Shown: positions 18,193 to 26,814, counted from the stretch's first letter. The stretch is 64,000 bases of DNA from an uncultured Kineothrix sp. (GCA_964519385.1 CAZFLR010000007.1:16045-80044), one strand, 5' to 3'. The notes: generated by a model from the sequence alone, not told the origin. Program-made: numbers and translations.

Positions 18193-19360
18193 AAATAAGA
18201 TTCAGCATTTTTTCGATTTGCTTTTCATAAGAAAGACACTCTTTTACCTTTTGATATCCGTTAGCTGCGATTCTCCGGCGTTCTTCATCATGCTCCAGAT
18301 AATAAGCAGTCAGTCGTTCCAGGTCATCTATACTTTCATAGTACACAAAATCCACTCCCGGCTCAAAATATTCCAGGAAATCACTTTGGAAGTTCGTAAG
18401 AAGAAAACCTCCGCAGCCCAAAATATCAAGAGCCCTCAAAGGCATCCCCGTATGTATGCTCCTGAGCGAAATATTCAAATTGATTTTTGCACATTTCATC
18501 GCATATGGTGCCTGTGTATAGTAATCCAGCCTTCCCATATTTCTTACACGTTCCAGTCCCGGCGTTGCTTCCGGTGTAAACAGTTTAACCTCATGTGCTT
18601 TTGACAGACGGTCCAGTATCTCCCATCTTTCCATCGCCGTCACCTTACGCGCCAGAAAATAGTTGGCAAAAACCCATTCCACAGTCTCAATACCATCGCC
18701 GTGTTCCGTCACCGGGCACACCTTTCGCATCGCCTCAATAATCTCGGGAGTCAGTGCATCCTGAAGAATATCCATTCCGTATATATTTTTCTGCGCTCCC
18801 ATCAGTCCGAACAAATATCCTCTTGTATAATCGTCAAGCTTCTCCAGATGCCGGAACATATGCTGCTTTGTCTCGCTGTACATGGAGCCGATAAATGTAA
18901 TGTCACTATCATATTCTTTCTTCTGTTTTTGAGAAGGTATCATACGATCATAATCCTCCACTGCAGATGCCATCGGAAGATAGTACACATGTTTTACACC
19001 CATGCCCTGAAAATTTAACGCCTCAGCACTGTCAAACAGAAAAATCCGGTTCGTCTCATAGAATACCGACTGAGAATACAGCAAAATATATGGGCTGTCA
19101 TAAACCCATGACACATATTTTACTCGACATGCCTTACAGGCAATTGCCGCCACCGGAAAATAGTTAAAGGAAAAAACAAACGCAGGTTTTTTCTGCATAA
19201 TCTCAAGTGTCAGCTTCTCCGTCAGTTCTCTGCCATTGCGGACATCCTCCGTCTCTCTCGGAAACGGAACACATTGCACCTGATATCCCTGCTTTTCAAA
19301 TTCTTTTATAATATAGTCATTTCCAAAACTTTTCCATTCTAAAAAAAGTATATTATCCAT
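18191..19360 (-). CDS. CgeB-like GT-B glycosyltransferase-family protein (DUF3880 N-domain)
   Basis: 389 aa. INLNISLRSIHTGMPLRALDILGCGGFLLTNFQ and YYLEHDEERRRIAANGY match the CgeB-family C-terminus. Confidence 0.7.
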   Translation of the reverse strand: MDNILFLEWKSFGNDYIIKEFEKQGYQVQCVPFPRETEDVRNGRELTEKLTLEIMQKKPAFVFSFNYFPVAAIACKACRVKYVSWVYDSPYILLYSQSVFYETNRIFLFDSAEALNFQGMGVKHVYYLPMASAVEDYDRMIPSQKQKKEYDSDITFIGSMYSETKQHMFRHLEKLDDYTRGYLFGLMGAQKNIYGMDILQDALTPEIIEAMRKVCPVTEHGDGIETVEWVFANYFLARKVTAMERWEILDRLSKAHEVKLFTPEATPGLERVRNMGRLDYYTQAPYAMKCAKINLNISLRSIHTGMPLRALDILGCGGFLLTNFQSDFLEYFEPGVDFVYYESIDDLERLTAYYLEHDEERRRIAANGYQKVKECLSYEKQIEKMLNLI

Positions 19361-19376
19361 AAGAAATCATCCTATC

Positions 19377-19409
19377 AAAAAAGGGTTACCGTACAAACGA
19401 TAACCCCTT
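19377..19409 (-). terminator. Rho-independent terminator after flagellin copy 1
   Basis: Minus strand AAAGGGGTTATCG-tttgta-CGGTAACCCTTTTTT. The stem is imperfect and is followed by a U-run. Confidence 0.6.
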
Positions 19410-19433
19410 TTAAATCCTGCTTTAAGAGTGTGC

Positions 19434-20252
19434 TTAGCCAAGTAATGATAATACACCCTGGTTACTCTGGTTAGCCTGTGCCAACATTGACTGTCCTGCC
19501 TGAGCAAGGATATTGTTGTTGGAGAATCTAACCATTTCAGAAGCCATATCTGTATCACGAATCTGTGATTCAGCAGATGTTGTATTTTCTACAACGTTGT
19601 CAAGGTTCTTAATTGTGTGCTCTAATCTGTTCTGGATTGCACCAAGGTCAGATCTCTGCTGTGAAACAACCTTCAGAGCTGCTTTAATCATTGTGATTGC
19701 TTTCTGTGCATTGACATCTGATGTACCTCCTACGGAAATACCTGTGATACCAATACCTGCTGCACTCATACCTGCGATAGAGAATGAGATAATCTGATTA
19801 GCTTCTGCACCAACCTGAAGACCTTTTTTAGTAAATGTTCCATCAAGAAGATTCTGCTCGTTGAATGTAGTTGTTGAAGCTACACGGTCGATTTCAGATG
19901 TAAGAGCCTGAATCTCTGAGTTGATGTAAGAACGGTCTGCAGATGTCTGTGTACCGTTAGCTGCCTGAACTGCCAGCTCTGTCATACGCTGCAACATGTC
20001 ATGCACTTCTGCAAGTGCACCTTCTGCTGTCTGCACACAAGAGATACCATCCTGTGCATTGGCACTGGCCTGTGTAAGACCTCTAATCTGACGTCTCATC
20101 TTCTCTGAAATAGCAAGACCTGCTGCATCATCTGCTGCACGGTTGATTCTGTAACCTGAAGATAATTTCTCTGTCGATTTTGCCTGTACGTCTGTTGTGA
20201 TACCTAACATTCTGTTTGAGTTCATCGCTGTAAGATTGTGCTGTACTACCAT
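19434..20252 (-). CDS. fliC: Flagellin (short, 272 aa), copy 1
   Basis: MVVQHNLTAMNSNRMLGITT, LSSGYRINRAADDAAGLAISEKMRRQIRGL, and C-terminal ILAQAGQSMLAQANQSNQGVLSLLG. SD AAGGAGG. Confidence 0.95.
   Translation of the reverse strand: MVVQHNLTAMNSNRMLGITTDVQAKSTEKLSSGYRINRAADDAAGLAISEKMRRQIRGLTQASANAQDGISCVQTAEGALAEVHDMLQRMTELAVQAANGTQTSADRSYINSEIQALTSEIDRVASTTTFNEQNLLDGTFTKKGLQVGAEANQIISFSIAGMSAAGIGITGISVGGTSDVNAQKAITMIKAALKVVSQQRSDLGAIQNRLEHTIKNLDNVVENTTSAESQIRDTDMASEMVRFSNNNILAQAGQSMLAQANQSNQGVLSLLG
19529..20174 (-). repeat. Copy 1 of a 646-bp block identical base for base between the two flagellin genes
   Basis: Line-by-line comparison at an offset of 1060 nt: 19529..20174 equals 20589..21234 with no mismatch found. 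Both coding ends and both leaders differ at many positions. Confidence 0.9.
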
Positions 20253-20260
20253 ATTTTTTT

Positions 20261-20289
20261 CCTCCTTGATTTACGGAATTCCTTTCCGT
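20261..20289 (-). promoter_or_regulatory. Candidate CsrA binding sites in the flagellin-1 leader (GGA in a hairpin loop, plus a GGA in the SD)
   Basis: mRNA sense: ACGGAA-AGGAA-UUCCGU (6-bp stem, GGA in the loop) followed by AAAUCAAGGAGGAAAAAAAUAUG. csrA and fliW are encoded in the same window. Confidence 0.55.
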
Positions 20290-20368
20290 TTTCTTTCCAT
20301 TGAATTCTATGTAATAGTTGCTTGCCAGGAATGCCATCCCTGACACCCACTTGACTTACTTGTATTAT

Positions 20369-20395
20369 ATATCGGAGAATTTGAAAATAACTTAA
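20369..20395 (-). promoter_or_regulatory. Sigma-28/SigD-type promoter of flagellin copy 1
   Basis: Minus strand TTAAG-N15-CCGATAT (TTAA-N15-TCCGATAT against TAAA-N15-GCCGATAT), about 115 nt upstream of the ATG. Confidence 0.75.
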
Positions 20396-20427
20396 CACCT
20401 TTTTTTCAATTTTTTCATTTTTTCGGC

Positions 20428-20457
20428 AAAAAAAAGGGAACCGAATATCCGGTTCCC
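20428..20457 (-). terminator. Rho-independent terminator after flagellin copy 2
   Basis: Minus strand GGGAACCGG-atatt-CGGTTCCC followed by TTTTTTTT. Confidence 0.85.
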
Positions 20458-20493
20458 TTTTGGTAGTTCTTACTACGAATCCCGTGCTGACAA

Positions 20494-21312
20494 TTAGCCA
20501 AGGATTGATAATACACCCTGATTTGTCTGGTTAGCCTGTGCCAACATCGCCTGTCCTGCCTGAGCAAGGATATTGTTGTTGGAGAACTTAACCATTTCAG
20601 AAGCCATATCTGTATCACGAATCTGTGATTCAGCAGATGTTGTATTTTCTACAACGTTGTCAAGGTTCTTAATTGTGTGCTCTAATCTGTTCTGGATTGC
20701 ACCAAGGTCAGATCTCTGCTGTGAAACAACCTTCAGAGCTGCTTTAATCATTGTGATTGCTTTCTGTGCATTGACATCTGATGTACCTCCTACGGAAATA
20801 CCTGTGATACCAATACCTGCTGCACTCATACCTGCGATAGAGAATGAGATAATCTGATTAGCTTCTGCACCAACCTGAAGACCTTTTTTAGTAAATGTTC
20901 CATCAAGAAGATTCTGCTCGTTGAATGTAGTTGTTGAAGCTACACGGTCGATTTCAGATGTAAGAGCCTGAATCTCTGAGTTGATGTAAGAACGGTCTGC
21001 AGATGTCTGTGTACCGTTAGCTGCCTGAACTGCCAGCTCTGTCATACGCTGCAACATGTCATGCACTTCTGCAAGTGCACCTTCTGCTGTCTGCACACAA
21101 GAGATACCATCCTGTGCATTGGCACTGGCCTGTGTAAGACCTCTAATCTGACGTCTCATCTTCTCTGAAATAGCAAGACCTGCTGCATCATCTGCTGCAC
21201 GGTTGATTCTGTAACCTGAAGATAATTTCTCTGTTGATTTTGCCTGAACACCTGTTGTAATTCCTAACATTCTGTTAGAGTTCATTGCTGTAAGATTGTG
21301 CTGTACTACCAT
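20494..21312 (-). CDS. fliC: Flagellin (272 aa), copy 2
   Basis: The same protein as copy 1 except for a few residues at both ends (ITTGVQ vs ITTDVQ; MVKFS..GQAML..NQTNQGVLSILG). Start set at the ATG of MVVQHNL, preceded by CAAGGAGGAA. The track's N-terminal extension from 21360 has no support. Confidence 0.95.
   Translation of the reverse strand: MVVQHNLTAMNSNRMLGITTGVQAKSTEKLSSGYRINRAADDAAGLAISEKMRRQIRGLTQASANAQDGISCVQTAEGALAEVHDMLQRMTELAVQAANGTQTSADRSYINSEIQALTSEIDRVASTTTFNEQNLLDGTFTKKGLQVGAEANQIISFSIAGMSAAGIGITGISVGGTSDVNAQKAITMIKAALKVVSQQRSDLGAIQNRLEHTIKNLDNVVENTTSAESQIRDTDMASEMVKFSNNNILAQAGQAMLAQANQTNQGVLSILG
20589..21234 (-). repeat. Copy 2 of the 646-bp identical flagellin core
   Basis: See 19529..20174. 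Confidence 0.9.
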
Positions 21313-21319
21313 ATAATTT

Positions 21320-21352
21320 CCTCCTTGAATTTGCATGTCGTCATCCTTGACG
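21320..21352 (-). promoter_or_regulatory. Candidate CsrA binding sites in the flagellin-2 leader
   Basis: mRNA sense: UCGUC-AAGGAU-GACGA (GGA in a hexaloop) followed by AAAUUCAAGGAGGAAAUUAUAUG. Confidence 0.6.
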
Positions 21353-21439
21353 ATCATCAATCGAAAAAGATTTGTCCCGGCCGTACGCTCCGTTTCATTC
21401 TTTTTCTTAGGTTAATAAGTATTTGTTTACTTGTATTAT

Positions 21440-21466
21440 ATATCGGAGAAACTCCAAAAATATTAA
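21440..21466 (-). promoter_or_regulatory. Sigma-28/SigD-type promoter of flagellin copy 2
   Basis: Minus strand TTAAT-N15-CCGATAT, with the same geometry as the copy-1 promoter. Confidence 0.7.
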
Positions 21467-21500
21467 TACCAAAATTTGATTTTTTCAAAAAATTTGAAAA

Positions 21501-21983
21501 TTATTTTTTATTGTCCAGAAAATGCGCCTGTGTAAAGGAAGCCTGGCTCATACTCTTATAGTAGTCCAGAGCTGCCTTGGAGGAAGTCCGTCCCTTGCGG
21601 ATTTTCTCCCGGCTCTGCCGGAAATACTGTTCGACAAGTGTCTTGTTTCTTGCTTCCTGAGCCTGAATCGATACACTTCTCTCCGTAATCTGCGAAATCA
21701 TTTCCTGCATACGGGAAATATTCTGTGCATATTTCTCTTTCCCGTCCGGAGCCTGAATCTCTTCTTTCACATGCCGGAACAAATCTTCAAAGCCTTCATC
21801 CAGCTTTTCCATTTCTACGATAAGCTCCATCTTCCGGTTTGCATTGTCATCAAAATCCTCCCACTTCATGTTCGGATCATTTAAAATGACTGTCTGCTCA
21901 TTGTTTTTGACTATTATCTCGTCCAAAATCCCAATCTTTTTAGCGAGACTTTCTTCCATAATAGAAAGGTACTGTTTTTCCAT
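21501..21983 (-). CDS. Coiled-coil protein in the position of fliT (putative flagellar export chaperone)
   Basis: 160 aa, helical, charged, located directly downstream of fliS as in the Bacillus flaG-fliD-fliS-fliT operon. The assignment rests on position, not on a motif. Confidence 0.55.
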   Translation of the reverse strand: MEKQYLSIMEESLAKKIGILDEIIVKNNEQTVILNDPNMKWEDFDDNANRKMELIVEMEKLDEGFEDLFRHVKEEIQAPDGKEKYAQNISRMQEMISQITERSVSIQAQEARNKTLVEQYFRQSREKIRKGRTSSKAALDYYKSMSQASFTQAHFLDNKK

Positions 21984-21992
21984 TACATTCTC

Positions 21993-22373
21993 CTATTTCG
22001 CTCTCTTCATGACCTCTTTCCACGTGTCCCTCATAGAATGGAGATGTCCGTTAACTTCTTCCAATATCTCTTTATCCTTTTTAATATTCGCTTCAATCAA
22101 GCGTTCAAGCAGATATTTGTAAACTCTCTCAAAATCCTCTGCCACAGGATATTTCATATCAAGTGTAGCACGAAATTCTTCAATGATACGCTGTACCTTT
22201 TTAATATTGTCATTCGCCTTCTGTATATCCTTCTGCTCAATTCCCATAATTGCAATATTGCAGAATTTAATCGCTCCGTCATAAAGCATAAGTGTAAGCT
22301 CTGCCGGCGAAGCAGTCATTATTTTATTGGTATTATACTGCGCATATTGCGCATATGCATTAGGTAATGCCAT
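21993..22373 (-). CDS. fliS: Flagellin-specific chaperone FliS
   Basis: 126 aa. YNTNKIMTASPAELTLMLYDGAIKF and the four-helix pattern typical of FliS. Confidence 0.9.
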   Translation of the reverse strand: MALPNAYAQYAQYNTNKIMTASPAELTLMLYDGAIKFCNIAIMGIEQKDIQKANDNIKKVQRIIEEFRATLDMKYPVAEDFERVYKYLLERLIEANIKKDKEILEEVNGHLHSMRDTWKEVMKRAK

Positions 22374-22381
22374 GTCCCTCT

Positions 22382-23986
22382 TTATCCTCCTAACAGCCCG
22401 GATATCGCGCTGGTCTTAGAATTTAATTTCGCTAATGCCGTCTCCATCGCACTGAATTTCTGATACCACTTATCCTCAAAAGCGGTAATTCTCTCTTCCT
22501 GTGCTGCGATTTCTTTGGTGTAAGCATCATACTCCTTCTGCATCTGCTTATCGTTGTATGCCTTGTAAATGCTTCGCATCTCTGTCGCTGACATCTTATC
22601 GGACAATGTCGTATACAGATTGTTGCTGAGCTTCTGGAAAAACGCCATTACCGTTTCCGGATCATTCGTAATCATGGATTTCAGTTTATCTGTTTTTCCG
22701 GAAGTAGACTCATCATCCTTATCTCCGTCGATATGATATGCGTGCTTTTCATTGTCAGCCGCCGTAAAATATCCGAGTGTATTGATACCGAAGTTGGAAA
22801 GATAGTATGTCTCTCCGCCAATCTCAATCCCGCCTGACATTACACTCTGCATTGCATTGGAAAGCGTTCCGAGTGTTGCGTCTCTGCGAAGCAGGGAATC
22901 TTTAATCTTTTTCTCCCAATCTTCAATTTCGCTTTCGGAAAGGGATTCCTTCTCCTCGGATGTCAATGGCTCATAGCCCTTTGACGAATCCGCATTATAC
23001 AGCTTATCCATCTCGTTGATAAGCTCATTATATCCCTTCAGGAAATTTTTAATTGTATCATAAATTCCGTCGTAGTCATTGGCCGTTGTCAAAGTCAGTT
23101 CTTCTGCCGACTCCTTCAGTGCCGTGATTGTCAGACCGTTGATATTGAATACATTTTCCGTTGACTCAAACAGTGCACCGTTTAAGAGAATCTGTGCATT
23201 CTGCGCCTGAATACGCGTTGCTGCGCCATCTCCCTTTTCCGTGGAAAGCGTCAGTCCGAGGCGGTCAAGCTGTGCCTGAAAATCTGCACTCACCTTTCCG
23301 TCCGGCGATGCGTTCTCATCTGCCTCTGCCGTCAAAATTCCGAGGGAAGAAAGAAGCTTCAGTCCGCTGTCTGTCGTATTCCCCTCTGCATCCTGTGCAG
23401 TAAGGGAAAACTCTGATTCCGTTCCAGTCTCCTTCGCACTGATAAAAAACCGCTGGTTCTTTTCATCAAAGCTTGCATTTACACCTGCTTCTTTTAACTT
23501 TGAAACCACGTCGCTGACCTTACTCGCACCTGACAGTGAAATATCAGTCTCCGTTCCGTCACCGAGCTTCATCTTCAAATTAACCGTCTCATCCTCAGCG
23601 ATTCCTGCTACCTCTGCAAGAGTAGAGGATGCCTTCACTCCACTGAGGGTTGCGCCCGTCAGATAGCCCGACTTTGCAAGCGATTTTACCTGTAAGGTCT
23701 GAACTCCGTCCGTCGCATTCGCCCCTGCAATGACAGTTGCTATCGAGCTGTTCGATACATTTGTCTTTTTCTGCGTATATGCGGAAGAAAAACGCATATT
23801 GCTGATTGTAGAAGAATACAGGCTGTAAAGCTTGCTGTTTAATGTCTTCCACGCATCCATCTTCCACGATAACTTCGTCTGCGCCTTTTCAAGGCTGCTT
23901 TTCTTTTCACTCTTGGCAGATACGAGTTCCGAAATAATAGTTTCTGTATCAAGGCCAGAGTTCATACCTGTAATACGAATCGCCAT
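22382..23986 (-). CDS. fliD: Flagellar filament cap protein FliD
   Basis: 534 aa. MAIRITGMNSGLDTETIISELV, LQVKSLAKSGY, ILLNGALFESTENVFNINGLTITAL, and a C-terminal coiled coil. Confidence 0.9.
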   Translation of the reverse strand: MAIRITGMNSGLDTETIISELVSAKSEKKSSLEKAQTKLSWKMDAWKTLNSKLYSLYSSTISNMRFSSAYTQKKTNVSNSSIATVIAGANATDGVQTLQVKSLAKSGYLTGATLSGVKASSTLAEVAGIAEDETVNLKMKLGDGTETDISLSGASKVSDVVSKLKEAGVNASFDEKNQRFFISAKETGTESEFSLTAQDAEGNTTDSGLKLLSSLGILTAEADENASPDGKVSADFQAQLDRLGLTLSTEKGDGAATRIQAQNAQILLNGALFESTENVFNINGLTITALKESAEELTLTTANDYDGIYDTIKNFLKGYNELINEMDKLYNADSSKGYEPLTSEEKESLSESEIEDWEKKIKDSLLRRDATLGTLSNAMQSVMSGGIEIGGETYYLSNFGINTLGYFTAADNEKHAYHIDGDKDDESTSGKTDKLKSMITNDPETVMAFFQKLSNNLYTTLSDKMSATEMRSIYKAYNDKQMQKEYDAYTKEIAAQEERITAFEDKWYQKFSAMETALAKLNSKTSAISGLLGG

Positions 23987-23998
23987 ACGTTCTGCCTC

Positions 23999-24427
23999 CT
24001 ATCTCTTTTCATCAACAAGAATACCTGCCATTTCCCATACCTTCGCTATCATGTCAAGCGTTTTCTCCGGTGGCAGTTCTTTAATTACCTTTTTCGTGTC
24101 TTTGTCTACAATTTTAATGGTTACTCTGTTCGTATCCTCATGAAAACCGAAGACAGCTTCCGAATTTTCCATCTTCTTATTCATCTGATCAACCGCTTTT
24201 TTTATCTGTTCCTTTGACGGCTGACTCTGATTACCGAACGTGCCCTGTTCCTGAGAATCCCGGTCGAATTCCTTCGTTCTTGCAACTCCCTGTGTCATCG
24301 CGTCTAACTTGGCACCTGATTCCAGTGCGATTGCTTCCGTGCTCTCCGCAACAGGTCTGACCGGTTCCACAGGTGTCGTATTCTGTGCCTGCAGGGTCAT
24401 GATACTTCCAATTGGTTCAATTGCCAT
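23999..24427 (-). CDS. flaG: FlaG-family protein
   Basis: C-terminus FGFHEDTNRVTIKIVDKDTKKVIKELPPEKTLDM is the FlaG signature. Start set at the ATG of MAIEPIG, preceded by GGAGGTGG. Confidence 0.85.
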   Translation of the reverse strand: MAIEPIGSIMTLQAQNTTPVEPVRPVAESTEAIALESGAKLDAMTQGVARTKEFDRDSQEQGTFGNQSQPSKEQIKKAVDQMNKKMENSEAVFGFHEDTNRVTIKIVDKDTKKVIKELPPEKTLDMIAKVWEMAGILVDEKR

Positions 24428-24479
24428 AATATCCACCTCCATGTGAAAAATAAAGTTAGCTACTTATACTTTAACTTAT

Positions 24480-24506
24480 TTATCGTCAAAAATAAATAAA
24501 AAGTTA
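24480..24506 (-). promoter_or_regulatory. SigD-like promoter candidate for flaG-fliD-fliS-(fliT)
   Basis: Minus strand TAAC-N15-GACGATAA (3/4 and 6/8), located between csrA and flaG. Confidence 0.4.
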
Positions 24507-24536
24507 ACCATTTTTCACAAGAAAAATACAAAATTA

Positions 24537-24752
24537 CTAGAAGAGGTCTTTCAGTGCCTCAAGTCCTGAAACCTGCATTGCCTCTTTATTTGCTTCCTGA
24601 ATCTGAAGATAAACCTCTTTACGGTATACCGGCACTTCCTTCGGAGCTGCTATACCAATCTTTACCTGATCACCCTTTACTTCAAGAATTGTAATCTCTA
24701 CATTGTTATTGATGACGAGTGCTTCGCCTTTTCTTCTTGTCAGTGCCAGCAT
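24537..24752 (-). CDS. csrA: Carbon storage regulator CsrA (flagellar type)
   Basis: MLALTRRKGEALVINNNVEITILEVKGDQVKIGIAAPKEVPVYRKEVY. ATG start at 24752, directly after the fliW stop. Confidence 0.9.
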   Translation of the reverse strand: MLALTRRKGEALVINNNVEITILEVKGDQVKIGIAAPKEVPVYRKEVYLQIQEANKEAMQVSGLEALKDLF

Positions 24753-24753
24753 A

Positions 24754-25206
24754 TTATACACCCGCCTTTCTGTTTTTTAAAATCTCGTAAATCGGAAATT
24801 TTATCTGATATTCTTCACCTTCCGTAATCACCTGGCAGGCTTTTCTGTTATCGGCATTGATTACAATCGGTCCGCGAAGATTTACACTCATCTTTGTCAG
24901 ATCGCTCGGAACAGTCACTGTCACCAGCACAAGCATATTCTCCGGATCCAGTCCGCCGATTGGTTTTAACAGCTCGTCCTCCACCTGAGGATTGTAATCT
25001 TCCAAAATATCAAGCGGATTCATGACAGGAATTGCAAACTGCGGTTCCTGCATGGACTGCAGCCACTGGATGCCTCCGTTCTTTTCATTGTCATGAATCA
25101 GTGTAAATGTTGTCAACTGCGGAAATCCCACGATACCGTTTACGAAATGAATCAGTTTATCGTCCTCTATATCGATTGTCCCAAAGATTCTTGTATTAAC
25201 CTCCAT
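24754..25206 (-). CDS. fliW: Flagellar assembly factor FliW (CsrA antagonist)
   Basis: 150 aa. IHFVNGIVGFPQLTTFTLI, FAIPVMNP, and NLRGPIVINADNRKACQV. Confidence 0.9.
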   Translation of the reverse strand: MEVNTRIFGTIDIEDDKLIHFVNGIVGFPQLTTFTLIHDNEKNGGIQWLQSMQEPQFAIPVMNPLDILEDYNPQVEDELLKPIGGLDPENMLVLVTVTVPSDLTKMSVNLRGPIVINADNRKACQVITEGEEYQIKFPIYEILKNRKAGV

Positions 25207-25235
25207 ACTCTCTTCTCCTCTTCTATGTATCTGTA

Positions 25236-26759
25236 TTATAAGTAATTCAACAATGTTGTCTGCGAAATCTTACCGGTTGCCATCAACGCTGCCTGATAAG
25301 CGAGCTCTACGCTTCCCAAATTAACTGCAACCTCTGTCAGATCCACATCTTCATTCTGTGAAGATAATGTCTTGAAGTTTGTCTGCTGCTTTGCAAGACG
25401 ATTTGAGACAAGCTCAACTCTCGCTCCCCGGTTACCTGTCGCCGTAAGTGCTGTATTGGCCAAATCCAGATGTCCCTGCATATTTGCCACATTTGCCTCA
25501 AACAGTTTCTGCATTTTATCAGTTAAAAACGTGTTTGCTTTTTGAGCCGCCGCAAGACGGTTTTTAAGCTCCTGATTGTTCGGATCAGCCTTCAGCATTT
25601 CTTCCAGTGTGGAAATATTTTTTTCCATCGCTTCTACATCTTCTATAGATGCAATCAAATCGTCCACATCTCTGCTCAGGTCCGTTGAAAACAATTCATT
25701 TGCCAGTGTATTTACTCTGACATTCTGATTGAAACCAACATCATATGAAATAAACTGATTTGAATTATCATCTGTTGCTCCCGTCAGATAACCTTCATTA
25801 TATTTTATGCCGTCAGATTCACAATAGAAGTAATGCTCCGGCCGGATGTCACTCTTTGCAAACTCCTTCTTTTCGTAGGTTACACGGATTTCACCCTCGT
25901 CTTTATCAAGCGTAGCAGGATTATCTCTGACTGCAGTCAACGCATCATAATTAGTTTTATTTAAAATCAGTTCTCCCGTTTCCGGAATAAACACAGCTCC
26001 TGACGCTGACGTTTCAGCACTCAGATAAGGATCCTTTGTGGTGTCATTGACCGAAACCACTTCCGCCGTAATAGTCTGCAGGATTCCGTTCGTGTCATAG
26101 TAAGAAACCACAGGTGCCATATCCGGCGAACAGTTTTCATATGCCAGACGCAGTCTGTATACCTGATTGGTGCTGATTGCATCCTCCATGGTTCCGAGAG
26201 CTTCCGCATTTGCTTCCGTCATCTTATCAAGATCGGAAACATCCACATAAGTCAGTTCATCGAGGCTGTCGCTTCCGAGCTGTTCCGTAATCGTGTATTT
26301 CCTGTCTGAGTCCGTTCCGAATGTCAGCGGTGTATCTGTTCTGTATCCTGTAAACACATATCTTCCCGCATAATCCGCATCTCCCGTGGCATAAACTTCC
26401 TGCTGCAGTGCTTTCAGATTCTCAAGCACCTTGCTCCGGTCATCCGCAGTGTTAAATCCCGCTGCCCCCTGGGTACAGTTGGAGTACATATCCGTCACAA
26501 TCTCAATTACCGTACTTATCGCACTCTCCGTAACATCCAGCCATGATTCCGCATCCGGAATGTTCTTCGTGTAATACTGGCTGACCTGATTTAAATTCGT
26601 GCGAAGTCGGAGAGCACGGATAGCCACAACCGGATCATCCGAAGGGCGGTTAATCTTGGAACCCGTCGCAAGCTGCGTATTCAGCTTATTCTCGAGCACC
26701 TTGTTATTGTTAATATTCGTTATGGAATTTTGGGAAATAATCTTATTCGTAATTCTCAT
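25236..26759 (-). CDS. flgL: Hook-associated protein 3, FlgL
   Basis: 507 aa. MRITNKIISQN, LATGSKINRPSDDPVVAIRAL, and a flagellin-like C-terminus. Confidence 0.85.
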   Translation of the reverse strand: MRITNKIISQNSITNINNNKVLENKLNTQLATGSKINRPSDDPVVAIRALRLRTNLNQVSQYYTKNIPDAESWLDVTESAISTVIEIVTDMYSNCTQGAAGFNTADDRSKVLENLKALQQEVYATGDADYAGRYVFTGYRTDTPLTFGTDSDRKYTITEQLGSDSLDELTYVDVSDLDKMTEANAEALGTMEDAISTNQVYRLRLAYENCSPDMAPVVSYYDTNGILQTITAEVVSVNDTTKDPYLSAETSASGAVFIPETGELILNKTNYDALTAVRDNPATLDKDEGEIRVTYEKKEFAKSDIRPEHYFYCESDGIKYNEGYLTGATDDNSNQFISYDVGFNQNVRVNTLANELFSTDLSRDVDDLIASIEDVEAMEKNISTLEEMLKADPNNQELKNRLAAAQKANTFLTDKMQKLFEANVANMQGHLDLANTALTATGNRGARVELVSNRLAKQQTNFKTLSSQNEDVDLTEVAVNLGSVELAYQAALMATGKISQTTLLNYL

Positions 26760-26814
26760 AGGTAACCTCCGGTTTTCAAAACTCTCAACCTATATATCGG
26801 CTTGTTTTCCCTTT

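Noticed and set aside
19513-19797. Identical 94-aa plus-strand ORFs at 19513..19797 and 20573..20857
   Set aside because: Their identity follows from the duplicated flagellin core. They are antisense to the flagellin frame, with no RBS or motif.
20128-20346. A 72-aa minus-strand ORF spanning the flagellin-1 leader (a similar one, 19367..19558, lies over the flagellin-1 3' end/terminator, and 20415..20618 over that of flagellin 2)
   Set aside because: They are out of frame with flagellin and cover UTR, terminator or promoter sequence. They are better explained as regulatory RNA regions.
21313-21360. N-terminal extension of flagellin copy 2 (MMIVKDDDMQIQGGNY...)
   Set aside because: The extension covers the CsrA hairpin and SD. 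Copy 1 starts at the homologous MVVQHNL with a strong SD.
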